Shown one piece after another: positions 25,696 through 38,358 of a stretch of 64,000 nucleotides of DNA. The notes under the pieces were generated by a model. The model had not been told where the DNA came from and ran no database searches. It saw nothing but the letters and a program-made list of their open reading frames with translations. Within the stretch, counting starts at the first letter, position 1, and every line of letters begins with the position of its first letter. A program made the position numbers and the translations under genes. This DNA comes from Octopus bimaculoides (lineage: Eukaryota), in the NCBI RefSeq assembly GCF_001194135.2, contig NC_068985.1:82523122-82587121 (forward strand), in the 5' to 3' direction.

Positions 25696-25986
25696 TATCT
25701 TCTGTTTAAGAATCCATATGTGAGAGAAAACAAGCATTAGTATATTTGTGAAATTCATAGATATATCAATATTTATACAATACATTGTTATAGATATATT
25801 TCAGCTGATTTTACCAATCAGTTTTACTCAAAGGAGGTTTAGAAAAATCCTATCCAGTACTTGTTAGAAGGGCTGATAAGAGAATATGGCTCTCCATTTC
25901 CTACCAACCTTTCTAGCATAGGCTGGAATTTAGTTTTTCCCAAACACTAATTCGTAATCTTGGTTGAAATGATTCTGTAATTCCAT

Positions 25987-26022
<36 letters not shown>

Positions 26023-26034
26023 CATATATCTTTT

Positions 26035-26252
26035 ATCTTTTACTTGTTTCAGTCATTAGACTGTGGACATACTGGGAGACCACCTTGAAGAATCTTAGTC
26101 ATGTGAATTGACCCCATTACTTAATTTCTTCTTTAAGCCAAATCACTAAGTTACAGGGATGTAAACAGACCAACACTGGTTGTCAGGCAGTGAGGGAGGT
26201 GGATAAAAACAGATGCACATACATACACACATGTGCGCATGCACGCACACAT

Positions 26253-26289
<37 letters not shown>

Positions 26290-26375
26290 TGGTGAGTTTC
26301 TTTCAGTTTCCATCAACCAAATCCACTCAGAAGGCTTTGGCCTGCCTTAGGCTTTAGCAGAAGACACTTGCTCAA
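26035..26375 (-). mobile_element. Family A SINE with (CA)n middle
   Basis: gtttcagtcattagactgtgg...ggttgtcaggcagtg, (CA)n, then tttcagtttccatcaaccaaatccactc...gaagacacttgc. Confidence 0.8.
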
Positions 26376-27244
26376 CTGAGGCTGAACCCAGATTCCAATG
26401 TATTTATATGATAAATCCAATTTCTTGTCTTTATGCAATCAAAAATATATATACCAATGTAGATCCTTTCCTCGAAAATCTCGTGCCTGCTTTTAACTAG
26501 GTGAATTGTGGCATAATAGAATATATCTGTAGTCTTCCCAGTATCACACTGAAGCAGCAGCACCAAGGAAATCAATGCACATGAGCAAGAAATTTTATGT
26601 CTTACCCATTCAGCCACTGTGCCTCAAGCTCACATATGCATGGCCTAAATCTCTTTTCCAATCTAAGAAGTGTTACAAACTCTGTTTTTACCTTTTTAAT
26701 CTTTTATTTTGAATTAAATGAATTAATTCATTTAAAAACATATATTTTTCTTTCATCTCTGTGTGAACAGCAGCAAATATCTTATTTATATATTTTAAGG
26801 CTAGATATTTTCTTTCTGTTGTAATATTCAATCATTGTTACTGATTGCTTTAATTAGAGTTCTTAACTTATTGTTTAATTTCATAATGTGTTTCATTTAA
26901 AAGCACTTTTGATTGGCTTAGAAACAGGCATGAAAACATGCTGGTAAAGTGAAATTTCATCTCTGTACTAGAAGAGAGAGAGAGGGGGAGGGGGAGATTC
27001 TATCATCGCTTCTTTGAATTTCAGTTCTTTTATTCTTTGCTGTTTTTGTTCCATCATTTAAAATTTTGACTGTATTAGTCTTTATGTTTTCTAGGTACAA
27101 AATGGTATNNNNNNNNNNNNNNNNNNNNNNNNNNNNNNNNNNNNNNNNNNNNNNNNNNNNNNNNNNNNNNNNNNNNNNNNNNNNNNNNNNNNNNNNNNNN
27201 NNNNNNNNNNNNNNNNNNNNNNNNNNNNNNNNNNNNNNNNNNNN

Positions 27245-27277
<33 letters not shown>

Positions 27278-28269
27278 TCAAAAGAAAAAATGGAGAACAA
27301 ATAGTAACAGGTTTATTAATGTGTGTGATCTTAAATGCTTTACTTTTTTACAGAAAGACATTCCATTTGAAGAGATTTTTCATAAATAATTGTGTGTATT
27401 TATTAATTTGTTTATTTTTGTTTCAAATTAATTCAGTGTCATAGAAACCCATTTAGTTTTAATCCAAGCTAGAAAGACCAATGTTTATTGAGTATTTTTA
27501 GAGAGAGTGGACATTAAAGAGTAAAAAAAAAAAAAAAAAGCCAAAAAAAACATAATGTCAAATTCTTTGGGATGTGATAGAAATATGTGGATAAAATGTG
27601 GCTGTTTTTCTATGCTAGATATTAAATATTTCAGTGATATCCCTAAGTCCTCTGCCATTTGTTTATAGGCTATTGGCCCAGCCTTTTCTGAAGCAAGCTG
27701 ACAAAATGCTCTACACCTTATTGGAGGTTTTTCTCCTGATTGATTCACCACAATCTCATTTAAATCATTACATGGCCTCTTTTAATACTTGTTCCATTGC
27801 TATTTCATTGCTATTTCTATGACTGTTGCTTGGAAGAGCATTCCATTCGTGAACCACCTCCTCTTTGTGCAACCTGCACAACATGCCTTTTATCTTGCTG
27901 TTATGTCTCTTTTCCCTACTTTTTTTTTTTAGGAAGCCCCATTAGGCTCCCTTCCTCCCATACTATTTGCCAGCCTGTAATATTTCTTTGCTCAGATAGC
28001 TAATTCCTCTCTTCCTTTGTGATTCTATGCTCGATTGATTATCAATGATTTGAACTAAGGATCAGTGAATTCAGTTCTCATTTCATACTCCCCTGTATAG
28101 TATGGGTGTTATTGATGCTCACTTTTCTCTTTGTGCTGTCTATATAAATAAGTTCTTTCTTTGTATTTATACACATTTATGGTGATAAATGTTTTCACTT
28201 ACATCTATGTATTTGTCTGTCTGTATATGCATGAACACACACTCATACAATATATACACATACCTACAA

Positions 28270-28313
<44 letters not shown>

Positions 28314-28918
28314 AGATTATATGCTTAGGTTGACTCATGCACATATACATACATATGTTGTAAAGAATTTAAACCAAAAAAACAATTTCCTCATTTATTT
28401 GTTTATTTTAATGTGAGGTGAGGTTACTCATACTAACTACCCACTTTTTTTAAAGTAACTACAACATTAATAAAATAACATAGAATTTAAACTTCAAAGA
28501 TGCTTACAATTTGTGTTCTGTGGAAAAAAATGTAGAACTAATTCAACTCAATAGCCAAAAAAATGTATGCAGTTCTACAAAAAAATGTTTTTTTTTTCCA
28601 CAGAAATCATATTTTGAATATTTGCTTAAATTTGTGATTTATTTGGCTTCTTTCTCACATAGTTATAAATAAACACATGATAATTTGACTACAATTCTGG
28701 TTATGTTCACAAGTACATGCAAACCTCTCTCTTTTTAGTCTTTCTCCTTTTCCTTACAGTCACGTGTACATAATGTATACATTGCAAAAGTAGCCAACTA
28801 ATTGATAGTGCACTCAATTCTTAGTTTATATGAAAGATGTGGATGATGGAAGCTAAGATATATAGTATAGCTGTGCTATATTTTCTTATTCTGTCTCTGT
28901 TTTCAGTCACTTCTCTGC

Positions 28919-29293
28919 AGTCAAGTTAGAGCAGAAGGGTCTTTTAGTTAATTACACTGATTCCATACTTATTTCATTTGTTATTGATATTTATTTTATC
29001 AATTCTTATTCGTCAGATGGCTAAGTTATCTTTTGACATAATGGATTGCAACAGAATATTTACATGTATCAGACACACACAATTACACACACACACGCTA
29101 TATCATCATTATCATCATCATCATGATATAGTGTGTGTGTCTGATACATGTAAATATCCTGTTGCAATCCATTATGTCAAAAGATAATTTAGCCATCTGA
29201 TGAATAGGAATTGATAAAATAAATATCAATAACAAATGAAATAAGTATGGAATCAGTGTAATTAACTAAATGACCCTTCTACTCTAGCTTGAC

Positions 29294-29294
<1 letters not shown>
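28919..29294. repeat. Long near-perfect inverted repeat (foldback), 162-bp arms
   Basis: 28919-29080 vs reverse complement of 29133-29294: 7 mismatches, no indels. Confidence 0.97.
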
Positions 29295-29333
<39 letters not shown>

Positions 29334-29650
29334 AAGTGGAAATGTATGTACTGGGTGCATGACAAATTACAAATAGAAGTGGCTCCTGATAGTACCCATG
29401 TTATACAACTTCTGCTACATGGCCTAGTGAAGGAACATGCAAGCAGCGTAAGACTATTCTGTAGTATGAAGAGCATGTTCAGTATGTGAGACTAGGAGGA
29501 AGTATGATGTTGGTATCTCATTTATTTCATATTTGTAACAATTGTTTCAGCAACTGATAATTAAAATCCGTGAAAAACCACACATGAATTGAAAGTTATA
29601 ATCTGTAACATACAAAATATGCCCAGATATTATTCAAGGGCTGCTTCAAT

Positions 29651-29697
<47 letters not shown>

Positions 29698-29899
29698 TGT
29701 GTGTGTGTGTGTTGTAACATATAGAGCTGCACAAAAATGAAGGAAAGAAAAGGGCATTGAATATGCGTTGTAGATTTTTTAATTATTTGCTATAAGTTGA
29801 AAAGCTTACTATTACTCTTAATTTTGGAGACATGATTCTGCCAGCCTCCGTGTATTGATATATATGTTGTGATGTATGGTGTTTGGTTATTGATAATAA

Positions 29900-30770
29900 T
29901 ATTGGAGGGATATAGATTGTTGATCTTGATAGCCTTTCATAACTGCCTTGACAATTTGGCATGGTACTCTCCATTGATGGTGTGGCGTTTTGAAGACAAT
30001 CAATAAATACAATACTTTCTGCACCTCAGAAAACTGAAACCGTCACCTTCCCTGGCTTTGTTTGAATCAGGTGAGGAAGGGTGTTTTCACTGCATGGATT
30101 GTCTCTTTATCATGGGCTCAAAGTGAAGGAGCCAAAACTCATCAGGTGGATCAGCCTGAAGCAATGTCGGATTTTCCTGTGATATGATGAGCCTGGTGCA
30201 CTTTTAATCAGAAGTGGGTGCCAGAAGCTGTGGCACCCGGCGAGCAGAAACCTTCATCATTCCAAGTTCATTGTGCTGAATATTCTCAACTCTTTCATGG
30301 AATATGCTAATAGCATTGGCTATTTGATTTGTCATCAGCAAGCTATCATCCATCACCATGTGGCAGATGCAATAAATGTTTTCCTCAGTAGTGGCAATTG
30401 CAGGACATCGAGACCCTGTGTCATCTTCAAGACCTCCTATTCCCCTCCTAAATTTTTCTGCCCACTTTTGCACTATTGATAAAGTTGGAGTGTCATCCGC
30501 TAATGTAGCAACCATATCAACATAAATGTCCTTGGGGGCTAAACCCTTCTTCTGCAGGTACCTGACGACAGCACAATACCAAGTCTTATCCATTTTCAAG
30601 AGAAGTTGCTACTAGTTACTTTTGAAGTCTTCTCTGCAGAGTCAGATGTTATTCACCCAGAAAGAAACAATGCAATTATTAGTAAGAAATGTTGAAACTA
30701 ATGTATGCCAGATTTCACAGCTTAAGCATCGTTCCTTCATAGTCAGCCTGTGAACTTTTTGGCCCATTTA
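29900..30770 (-). mobile_element. Decayed mariner transposon (5' TIR, HTH region, partial catalytic region)
   Basis: ORF MDKTWYCAVVRYLQKKGLAPKDIYVDMVATLADDTPTLSIVQKWAEKFRRG...EDDTGSRCP...KVSARRVPQLL, then HFEPMIKRQSMQ*KHP and INGEYHAKL. TIR-like gggccaaaaagttcacaggctgac at ~30770. Confidence 0.9.
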
Positions 30771-32220
30771 GTGCATGGTTTCTACAACTGGATGGCATGG
30801 TTTCGTCTTTAGCATAGTTTCTACAACTGGATGTTGTTTCTAATGCCAATCATTTTACAGAGTGTACTGGGTGCTTCTTACATGCCACTAATGAGTTGAT
30901 AATGGGTAACATCAGCTTTGGGGGGACTGGAACTCTCAACATACTAGTTTATCTGATAATCTCCGATTTTAGATAACTGTAATTTTTGTTATTTATATCA
31001 TCATAATAATTGGTTACCTTTATCCTCATAATTATCTTTATTTTTGTTCCTTAGCCCTTTAGCATTTCAACTAGCCATATCTGGCCCAAATTTTCTTCCT
31101 GATTTGTGTTCAAACTGGGAAAATCTAGCCTCTCACGCCTACACTGCAATGTGCTTCTAAATATAAACAATCTCTAAGCTATCTGATAATCCATGATTAT
31201 TTAAAAAAAAATATAAAGAAATAAGCATTACATTTGATAGAGTAATCTGAATGCTAAAGGGTTAAATAATATTATTCCTAAATATTATCCTTATGTCTTT
31301 AACATAATTCTTCACTCATGTATCTCAATATATGTTGTTGATATTTCATCTCCAGAACTATCCTGATCCAGTAGACCTATGATCATATATTAGTTGTCAA
31401 TAGTTGATATGAGTTCTTTTAAAATCTAAAATGAATAAATGGTATTATATGATTTTGGGGAATTTAGCTGCTATTTTGAGCATATTGATTAACAGTGTTG
31501 ACTTGTAGATAAATATATTGGTTGTGTAGGAATTTAAAAAAAGCTAGTATTCATGATTTCACTTTTGCTTGAAGTTATTGCGTATTTACAAAAACTGAAG
31601 AATTTTTTTTCTTTTTTGTCTGCTACTATTACAGTACTTTAATGATGATCAATAAAAAGCATTTATTTTTATCGAGGGTGAAATATTGATTTTTAAGCAA
31701 GAAGGCAAACTCTCCCTTAGTGGAATCTCTCATTACTTGAGATAATGACATGCAGTTTTTGACTTTATGTAATTTGCATATTCTGTTGTAATATTTAAGT
31801 CCTACGCAGTTGAATAATATTAGAGATGTAGTATTCATTTAGCACTGAGACATCTTGCGAACTGTGGATGTCTATTTATGCATACGTATATATGTGTGTG
31901 TGTTTGTACATTTATGTATATATGTGTGTGTATATGTATGTATGTGTTCATGTGTATGTGTATATGTGTTTGTGTGTGTGTGTATGTGTACATGTATATG
32001 TATGTATGAGTATAAGTACGTGTGTATGTAGTTAATCCAAAAATAAAAACCAAGAAAAACACAAGGAAAACAACCTGAGGACATGGGACATGCAAATATG
32101 TATGTGTGTGTATGTATATGTATGTATGTATATGTGTGTGTATATGTATATATGTGTTTATACATGTGTTCATATGTGTGTATATATATATATATATATA
32201 TGTGCATATATATGTGTATT

Positions 32221-32251
<31 letters not shown>

Positions 32252-32667
32252 GCATATGTGTGTGTGTGTGTGTNNNNNNNNNNNNNNNNNNNNNNNNNNN
32301 NNNNNNNNNNNNNNNNNNNNNNNNNNNNNNNNNNNNNNNNNNNNNNNNNNNNNNNNNNNNNNNNNNNNNNNNNNNNNNNNNNNNNNNNNNNNNNNNNNNN
32401 NNNNNNNNNNNNNNNNNNNNNNNNNNNNNNNNNNNNNNNNNNNNNNNNNNNNNNNNNNNNNNNNNNNNNNNNNNNNNNNNNNNNNNNNNNNNNNNNNNNN
32501 NNNNNNNNNNNNNNNNNNNNNNNNNNNNNNNNNNNNNNNNNNNNNNNNNNNNNNNNNNNNNNNNNNNNNNNNNNNNNNNNNNNNNATATATATGCGTGTG
32601 TGTGTATATGTATGTGTATCTGCGCACATGTGTATCTATGTGTGTGTATATATATATATGTATATAT

Positions 32668-33480
32668 GCCAGTGGCAACTCCTGCACTCGGGTTGTTCAG
32701 GCTTAGCCTGAGTATAAATTTATTAAAGTGAAGGTGTATTTTCAAGCTGATTTAATTTCTGCCAACACTGACTTCAAGTATGTAATTGCAGCCAATAACT
32801 CGGGCTCCTTTTATTGAGCCTGGTCACATTTCATTTATTTTCATTCAGCATCTGGCGGTCATCTTAGAGGTGCCCTTTGTCAAAAAATATCATTCTTAGC
32901 AGATGTTCTCTCAACGTCGTTCACACATGCCACACTCGGGCTCAGAAGTTACTGCCTGAGTTGTTATGTGTAATCCTAGAAATTAAAAGGAATTCAAATT
33001 CAATGTTTTCTTGAAACAATAAATTTCTATGGAGATTAAGATTTAAATTCCAGTCTATGAAAAGTTTCTGTTCTACAATATTCTTAAAGGATTGAAAAAT
33101 TATCCAGCAGCTCGGGCTAATATGAATGAGCCTGGTAGGTGTAAAAGACTAACTGGTGTCTCTTGTCAAGAGTACAGTAGACAGTCAGATTGCTGTTGTT
33201 TGTTGTGCACTCTGCTGTCGTTATTTGATTGCTGTTATTCTGTGCGTCTGTGTGTAAAGATCAGTTGTGTTTTGCAGGGTTGCTTTATTTTTACCCTTAA
33301 CTTAGAAAGGGAGAAAGGCATAGTACTAGATATAAAAAATAAGCCATTTGGGGCTAGAAATACTGCAGAAAAACATGAAATTCTTCGAGCAGTCATGTGT
33401 CTTATTCAAAATCTGCGATGAGCCTGAGTGACGAAATCTGTGATGAGCCCAAGTGATGCTGATGACCTGGTGTCACCTTT
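32668..33480. mobile_element. Putative non-autonomous DNA transposon with reiterated (A)CTCGGGCTC / GAGCCYGAGT motifs
   Basis: Motif forward at 32687, 32799, 32935, 33111; reverse-like at about 32705, 32817, 32955, 33129, 33420, 33446. Only weak terminal complementarity. Confidence 0.35.
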
Positions 33481-33486
33481 GAGATA

Positions 33487-33779
33487 TATATATAAATATA
33501 TAATTTAGAGAAAAGAACCAAAGTTCATGAACTCATCCATGAAAATCCACAGTCACATATAGAAAAATTTAATAAGTAAATACACTAAAAAGAACTATAA
33601 AAAATGCAAAGTAATAATCATAAAATAATAAAATAATATTATTTTATGATTATTACTTGTATTTTATTATAATTCTTCTTAGTGTATTTACTTATTAAAT
33701 TTTTCTATATGTGACTGTGGATTTTCATGGATGAGTTCATGAACTTTGGTTCTTTTCTCTAAATTATATATTTATATAT
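33487..33779. repeat. Long inverted repeat (foldback), ~145-bp arms, 6-nt loop
   Basis: Outer ~100 bp perfectly complementary (agagaaaagaaccaaagttcatgaactcatccatgaaaatccacagtcac...); inner ~40 bp imperfect; loop 33631-33636. Confidence 0.97.
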
Positions 33780-33890
33780 TATATACAGTGAAACTTAATT
33801 TAATTTTAATTTTTGATAAATTAAATTTAATTGAGTTTTTACCTGTAAATTTGGATTTTTATCCCTAATATTATTATCATTATATATATA

Positions 33891-34312
33891 TATCAGTTTG
33901 GTGCAAAGGTAGCAGCTGATTTTTTTGAAAACAGTTTAGGTAGTATTTTTTTAAATTATGCCTCTTGCAATGTCTTAAGAATGTCACAATGAGGAATTAA
34001 TACATTTTTCTTCCAGATTCTGATTGTACTGGCCATAATTTGATAGTTTATGGGGAAAGACGTAGTGAGTGAAAGACGTTGCAGATGGTTTTTCTCACTC
34101 CAGAAGTGGGGATTTGAGTTTGAAAGACAAGCCAAAAGAAGGTCATTCAAAACAACTTGATTCCAAAGAGTTGGAAACTGTTGTCACTGAAAATCCAACC
34201 GCTACTTGTAGAGAACTTGCAGAACAGTTTAACATAACCCATGCAATTGTTCTATGTCAACTGAAAAAGTTTGGAAAGGTCTCAGTGGTTGGAAAATGGG
34301 TCCCACATGAAT
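33891..34312 (+). mobile_element. Hsmar1/cecropia-like mariner, 5' fragment
   Basis: atcagtttggtgcaaaggtagcagctgattttt resembles the Hsmar1 TIR. Frame FSHSRSGDLSLKDKPKEGHSKQLDSKELETVVTENPTATCRELAEQFNITHAIVLCQLKKFGKVSVVGKWVPHE matches mariner HTH2 and the WVPHEL motif. Confidence 0.88.
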
Positions 34313-34539
34313 CTATGTCTGTCCTTATTCTATCCTATATCCACCTTCTTGTACATTGAGGGTACACTGCACCACCAACATATTTTTCCCTTTCCAGTTG
34401 GAGTAACTAAGTAAGTCTTAAACAGCAAGACACCTGTTCTTGTCCCTTTATCATACTTTAGCCTCTTAACATCTGGCACAAAGCCACCTCCCTCAATACT
34501 GCATCTCCACTCATGCAAGGTGGGGGGTCTTGCATTGTG

Positions 34540-34720
34540 AGTTATGTGATGATCTCACTGGTGATGGTGCTATGAAAAAACTCCCAGTACACTCTGTACA
34601 GTTATTAGCATTAGGAAAGGCATCCAGCCATAGAAATCATGGTAGAGTGGAGATTGGAGCTCAACACAGTCCTCTGGGTCATTGCATCCTGTTGAACTAT
34701 TCAATCCATGCCAGCATAGA
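34540..34720 (+). mobile_element. RTE-type retroposon 3' tail
   Basis: ggcattaggaaaggcatccagcc-like core and caatccatgccagcatagaaaa. Confidence 0.65.
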
Positions 34721-34863
34721 AAATGCATGTATGTGTGTATATACATACACATGCATATATCAATGGTCTTACATAGGTATATGTGCATCTCTCTCTCTAT
34801 ATATATGCATATATATGCATACACACACACACACACACATATAAATACACACACACACACATG

Positions 34864-34925
<62 letters not shown>

Positions 34926-34964
34926 TACATACACACACACACACACATATGTGGATGAATATGC

Positions 34965-35790
34965 AGAGGTTGGACAAAATAATGGAAACACTTTATTAAA
35001 TGGAAATTTTATTACTTAATATTAAATTGGTCCACCTCTAGCACCAGCCACAACTTTAATACATTGACAAATTCATACAAGTTCAGAAAGGTCCTTAAGG
35101 GAATTTCGAGCCATTCTTCAAGTAAAACTTGCTTTAGTTCTTTAAACTACAATGGTGGAGGTAGTGCCATAAGCCATGGGTACATTAGGCAATTGCCCAT
35201 TTCTGCTGTTAATATGTAGATACTGTAGGCTCCAGTGTATTGATTTTCCCAGGGAGTTGAGGGGACTATAATGCTGTTAAAACAACACTGTGCAGAGGGA
35301 AGCAGTTCCCCACTTGCTGCTCCAAAATACACCACAAATGTTCAATTATATATGAGAACTGTTGACTGTGGAAGGCCAATCCAAGTTGTCTACTTTACTT
35401 TTGTGCTCTTTGTACCAATTTTGAATAGCGTTATCTTCCTGGAAGACTAGATAACCATTCAGAAACAAAGCTTGTACCATAGAAGGGACAGAAACCACCA
35501 AAGTATTCAGAGAGTCCTTTATGTTAACTTCGCCATTTAAAACCAAAAAACCTAAATAAAAGGTCAAGTGAATTCTGTTATATAGCCACCTCCATACTTC
35601 ATAGCTGTGGCCAAACAGTCAAAGCTGAAGGCTTCTTTGGCTTGTTTCCAGACATAATCTCACCGAAGAAGGAAAAACAAAGTGAATGATGATTCATCAG
35701 AAAAGAGGACATTATTCTATTGTGCCACTGGCCACTTCTGATTGTCTAGACACCATTTTTCCAACTTATCAGTGTTCGTAAGGGATAGGA
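34965..35790 (-). mobile_element. Decayed Tc1-like (DD34E) transposon, catalytic half and right TIR
   Basis: Minus frames NVLFSDESSFTLF, YVWKQAKEAFSFDCLATAMKYGGG, LVFQEDNA, WYKEHKSKVDNLDWPS. Terminus cagaggttggacaaaataatggaaacac is Tc1-TIR-like. Confidence 0.88.
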
Positions 35791-37156
35791 GACATTTAGC
35801 AACTGTTCAAACTGCACACATCTAACAGCCAACACTTCTGCTGGACTATTTGACCCTAATTATGATGTTGGATTTTAAGAAATGGACTATCTAATATGGA
35901 GTTCATTTATTCTGTGATTACACTATCATTTCTTATCTATTGTGTAACACACAGTTCAAAAGGTACATTGGAAGGTGTGACTCTTTACCAAAGGGTTTGA
36001 GTAAGGTGAAGAATTTCCTCACTTCACTCCTTTGCTCAACTTAGTTGTGTGTTTCTTCATGTTGTATTTTTGCCAGTAATGTTGATTTGCATTTGTTGCA
36101 TAACAGGGTCTTTAGGCACATGTAAGTCATGGTGGCCAGCTTTCTGAAACATGTGTATGTTATATAAAACATAAAATACTGATTATATCTTTTGTGGTGT
36201 AGATTTGTTTATGAGTACTGTTGGTAACATGTAATCCAGTACAGCCTGCTGAACTGTTAGCTTATTAGCCACTAAATCAGCATCACCCACCAGGCTTGTT
36301 TGGTGAAGAGAGTGCAGAAAACCCTGCTGAACAAGTGGCAGGGCCTGTCAAATGTACAAATGAATCTAAAACAGTGTCACTGACTATATAGCACTTGTGC
36401 AGAGACATAGAAATACTTATGTTGGGAAACATAAGTATTGCATGACCACATATGAGTGATGGCTGCATATTTCTTGTTAGAATATCCATCTGTATAGAAG
36501 ATCCATAAATGTAAAATCTGAGAATGGTCCAGCTTCTGGTCAACCTAGCAAATGACAAACCACTAAGCTGAAAGTTGATCTGTTTGAAAAATGAGTGAAA
36601 GTCTATGCATGGACTTGATGTTGTGCACAAGAATTTCTTGGAAAATCCACTACAGGAAACAACTCTGGTGGCAATCAAGAGGAGTGGAATATAGAGGTTT
36701 AAACAGTTGGAAGTACTTAATTGCAAAAACTGCATGCAGATAGCTTAGGACATGGGTTCCTTCTTTTCCAAATTATAGCAATAGCACCTAATGTAACTGA
36801 ACTGCACTTTCCAGGGATAGCACTGTGCAACTCTAAATATAGAGAAGGATCTCAAAGGGTGGTCTAAACAAAGTTGGCCTTATACAGGGATAGGCTGACA
36901 ATGCTATGGTAGACAGTTACTCTCTTTGTAAACTTCCCTGATAATATCCAAGAAATTTACATTATAAGAACTGGTCATACAGAAATTCAGGTTGAATTCC
37001 ACTGCACACACACATATACACTATGTAGACATAGCAATATATATATATATATATCAATGAAAAATATTTCAATACAAATGTATTAATTTCCAGCTATTTT
37101 CCAGTAAATATTGCTGCCTTGTTGTACCACACTTCTAAATTATATATATATATATA

Positions 37157-38358
37157 CAAAGTCTGATCAATAAGTATCCGGACTGTTAGCATAGTAACGA
37201 AGCTAAGGCATGCAGAGTGAAGTTGTTTGGCATAAGTTGACCTGAAACTCTGCTGTGCATGCACACTAAGTTTTAACATTCTAGCTCACTTCCACTGTTT
37301 ACAGCAGTACTTGGAAGGAATGTGTGTAGTGTATGACTGCTGCATGTACCACGACAGAAAGTTGAGCAGAGAATCTGCATCAAATTTTGCCAAAAGCTTG
37401 GTGATACCTGCTCAGAGGCCTATGCAAGGTTGCAGAAAGTGTATGAAGCAGAGTGTATGAGTGGTTCAGACATTTCCGAGATGGCTGAAGAAATGTTGGT
37501 GGTGACAAACGTTCTGGGAGACCCACAACCAGCAGAACTCAGAGAAACATCACAAATGTGCATGCAGCTGTGAGGGGAAATTGTCGAATCACTATCCGTG
37601 TGTTATCAGAGGATGTGCAGATTAGTTACGGTTCAGTTCAGTCCATTAACACTGTAGATTTGGGTATGAGACACATGTCTGCCAAGTTTGTGTCAAACTG
37701 CTTTCAGTTGACCAAAAAGACACTTGGGTTTCAGTTGTATAAAATCTCCTTGATTGTGTCGAGAGCAATGAAAACTTTTTGAAAATGTTCAAAATGATTG
37801 ACAAACCATGGGTCTATGGCTATGACCCCGAAACAAAGGCCCAGTCTTTACAGTGAGACTGAAGAAAGCATGAATGAGTCAAAACAATGTGAAGATACTG
37901 TTGACTGTTTTCTTCAATTACAAGGGGATTGTTCATCATGAGTATGCTCCACCTGGTCAGTCAATAAAAAAGGAGTACTACCGTGGCATTTGTGGGATGC
38001 TATTAATCGGAAAAGGCCACAATTGCATGCATCCAGTGAGTGGCAATTGCACCATGACAATGCACCTGCCCATTCAGCACAGCTTGTGCAACATTTATTG
38101 GCTAGGCACAGCATTCACCAGGTCTGGCAGCCACCATATTCTCCACATCTCACGCCTTGCGACTTTTTCCTCTTTCCAAAAATCAAATGTGACAAAGCGG
38201 CTGCTGATTATCCCAGAAAACGAGTTCCAGGAATGCTTCTATCAATGGAAACAGTGCTGGATTAAGTATGTAGCTTCCAAAGGGGACTACTTTGAAGGAG
38301 TTTAAATTCCAAATTGGTATGTGTTGTAGTTTTGTTTTTATAGCACCAGTCCTGATAC
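37157..38358 (+). mobile_element. Near full-length decayed mariner (DD34D) with both TIRs; right end runs into a gap
   Basis: TA then caaagtctgatcaataagtatccggactg at left; caccagtcctgatac at right. Frames EQRICIKFCQKLG, RSGRP, MSAKFV, WVYGYDPETK, LLTVFFNYKGIVHHEY, WQLHHDNAPAHS, PPYSPHLTPCDFFLFPKIK. Multiple frameshifts and deletions. Confidence 0.95.

Noticed and set aside
34069-34359. Domesticated SETMAR-like host gene
   Set aside because: No SET domain; it sits directly behind a TIR, is frameshifted upstream and ends just after WVPHE.
36283-36735. 150-aa minus-strand ORF as a gene
   Set aside because: S/L/F/I-rich with no recognisable domain; more likely a chance or antisense frame. The region is kept as an unexplained finding.
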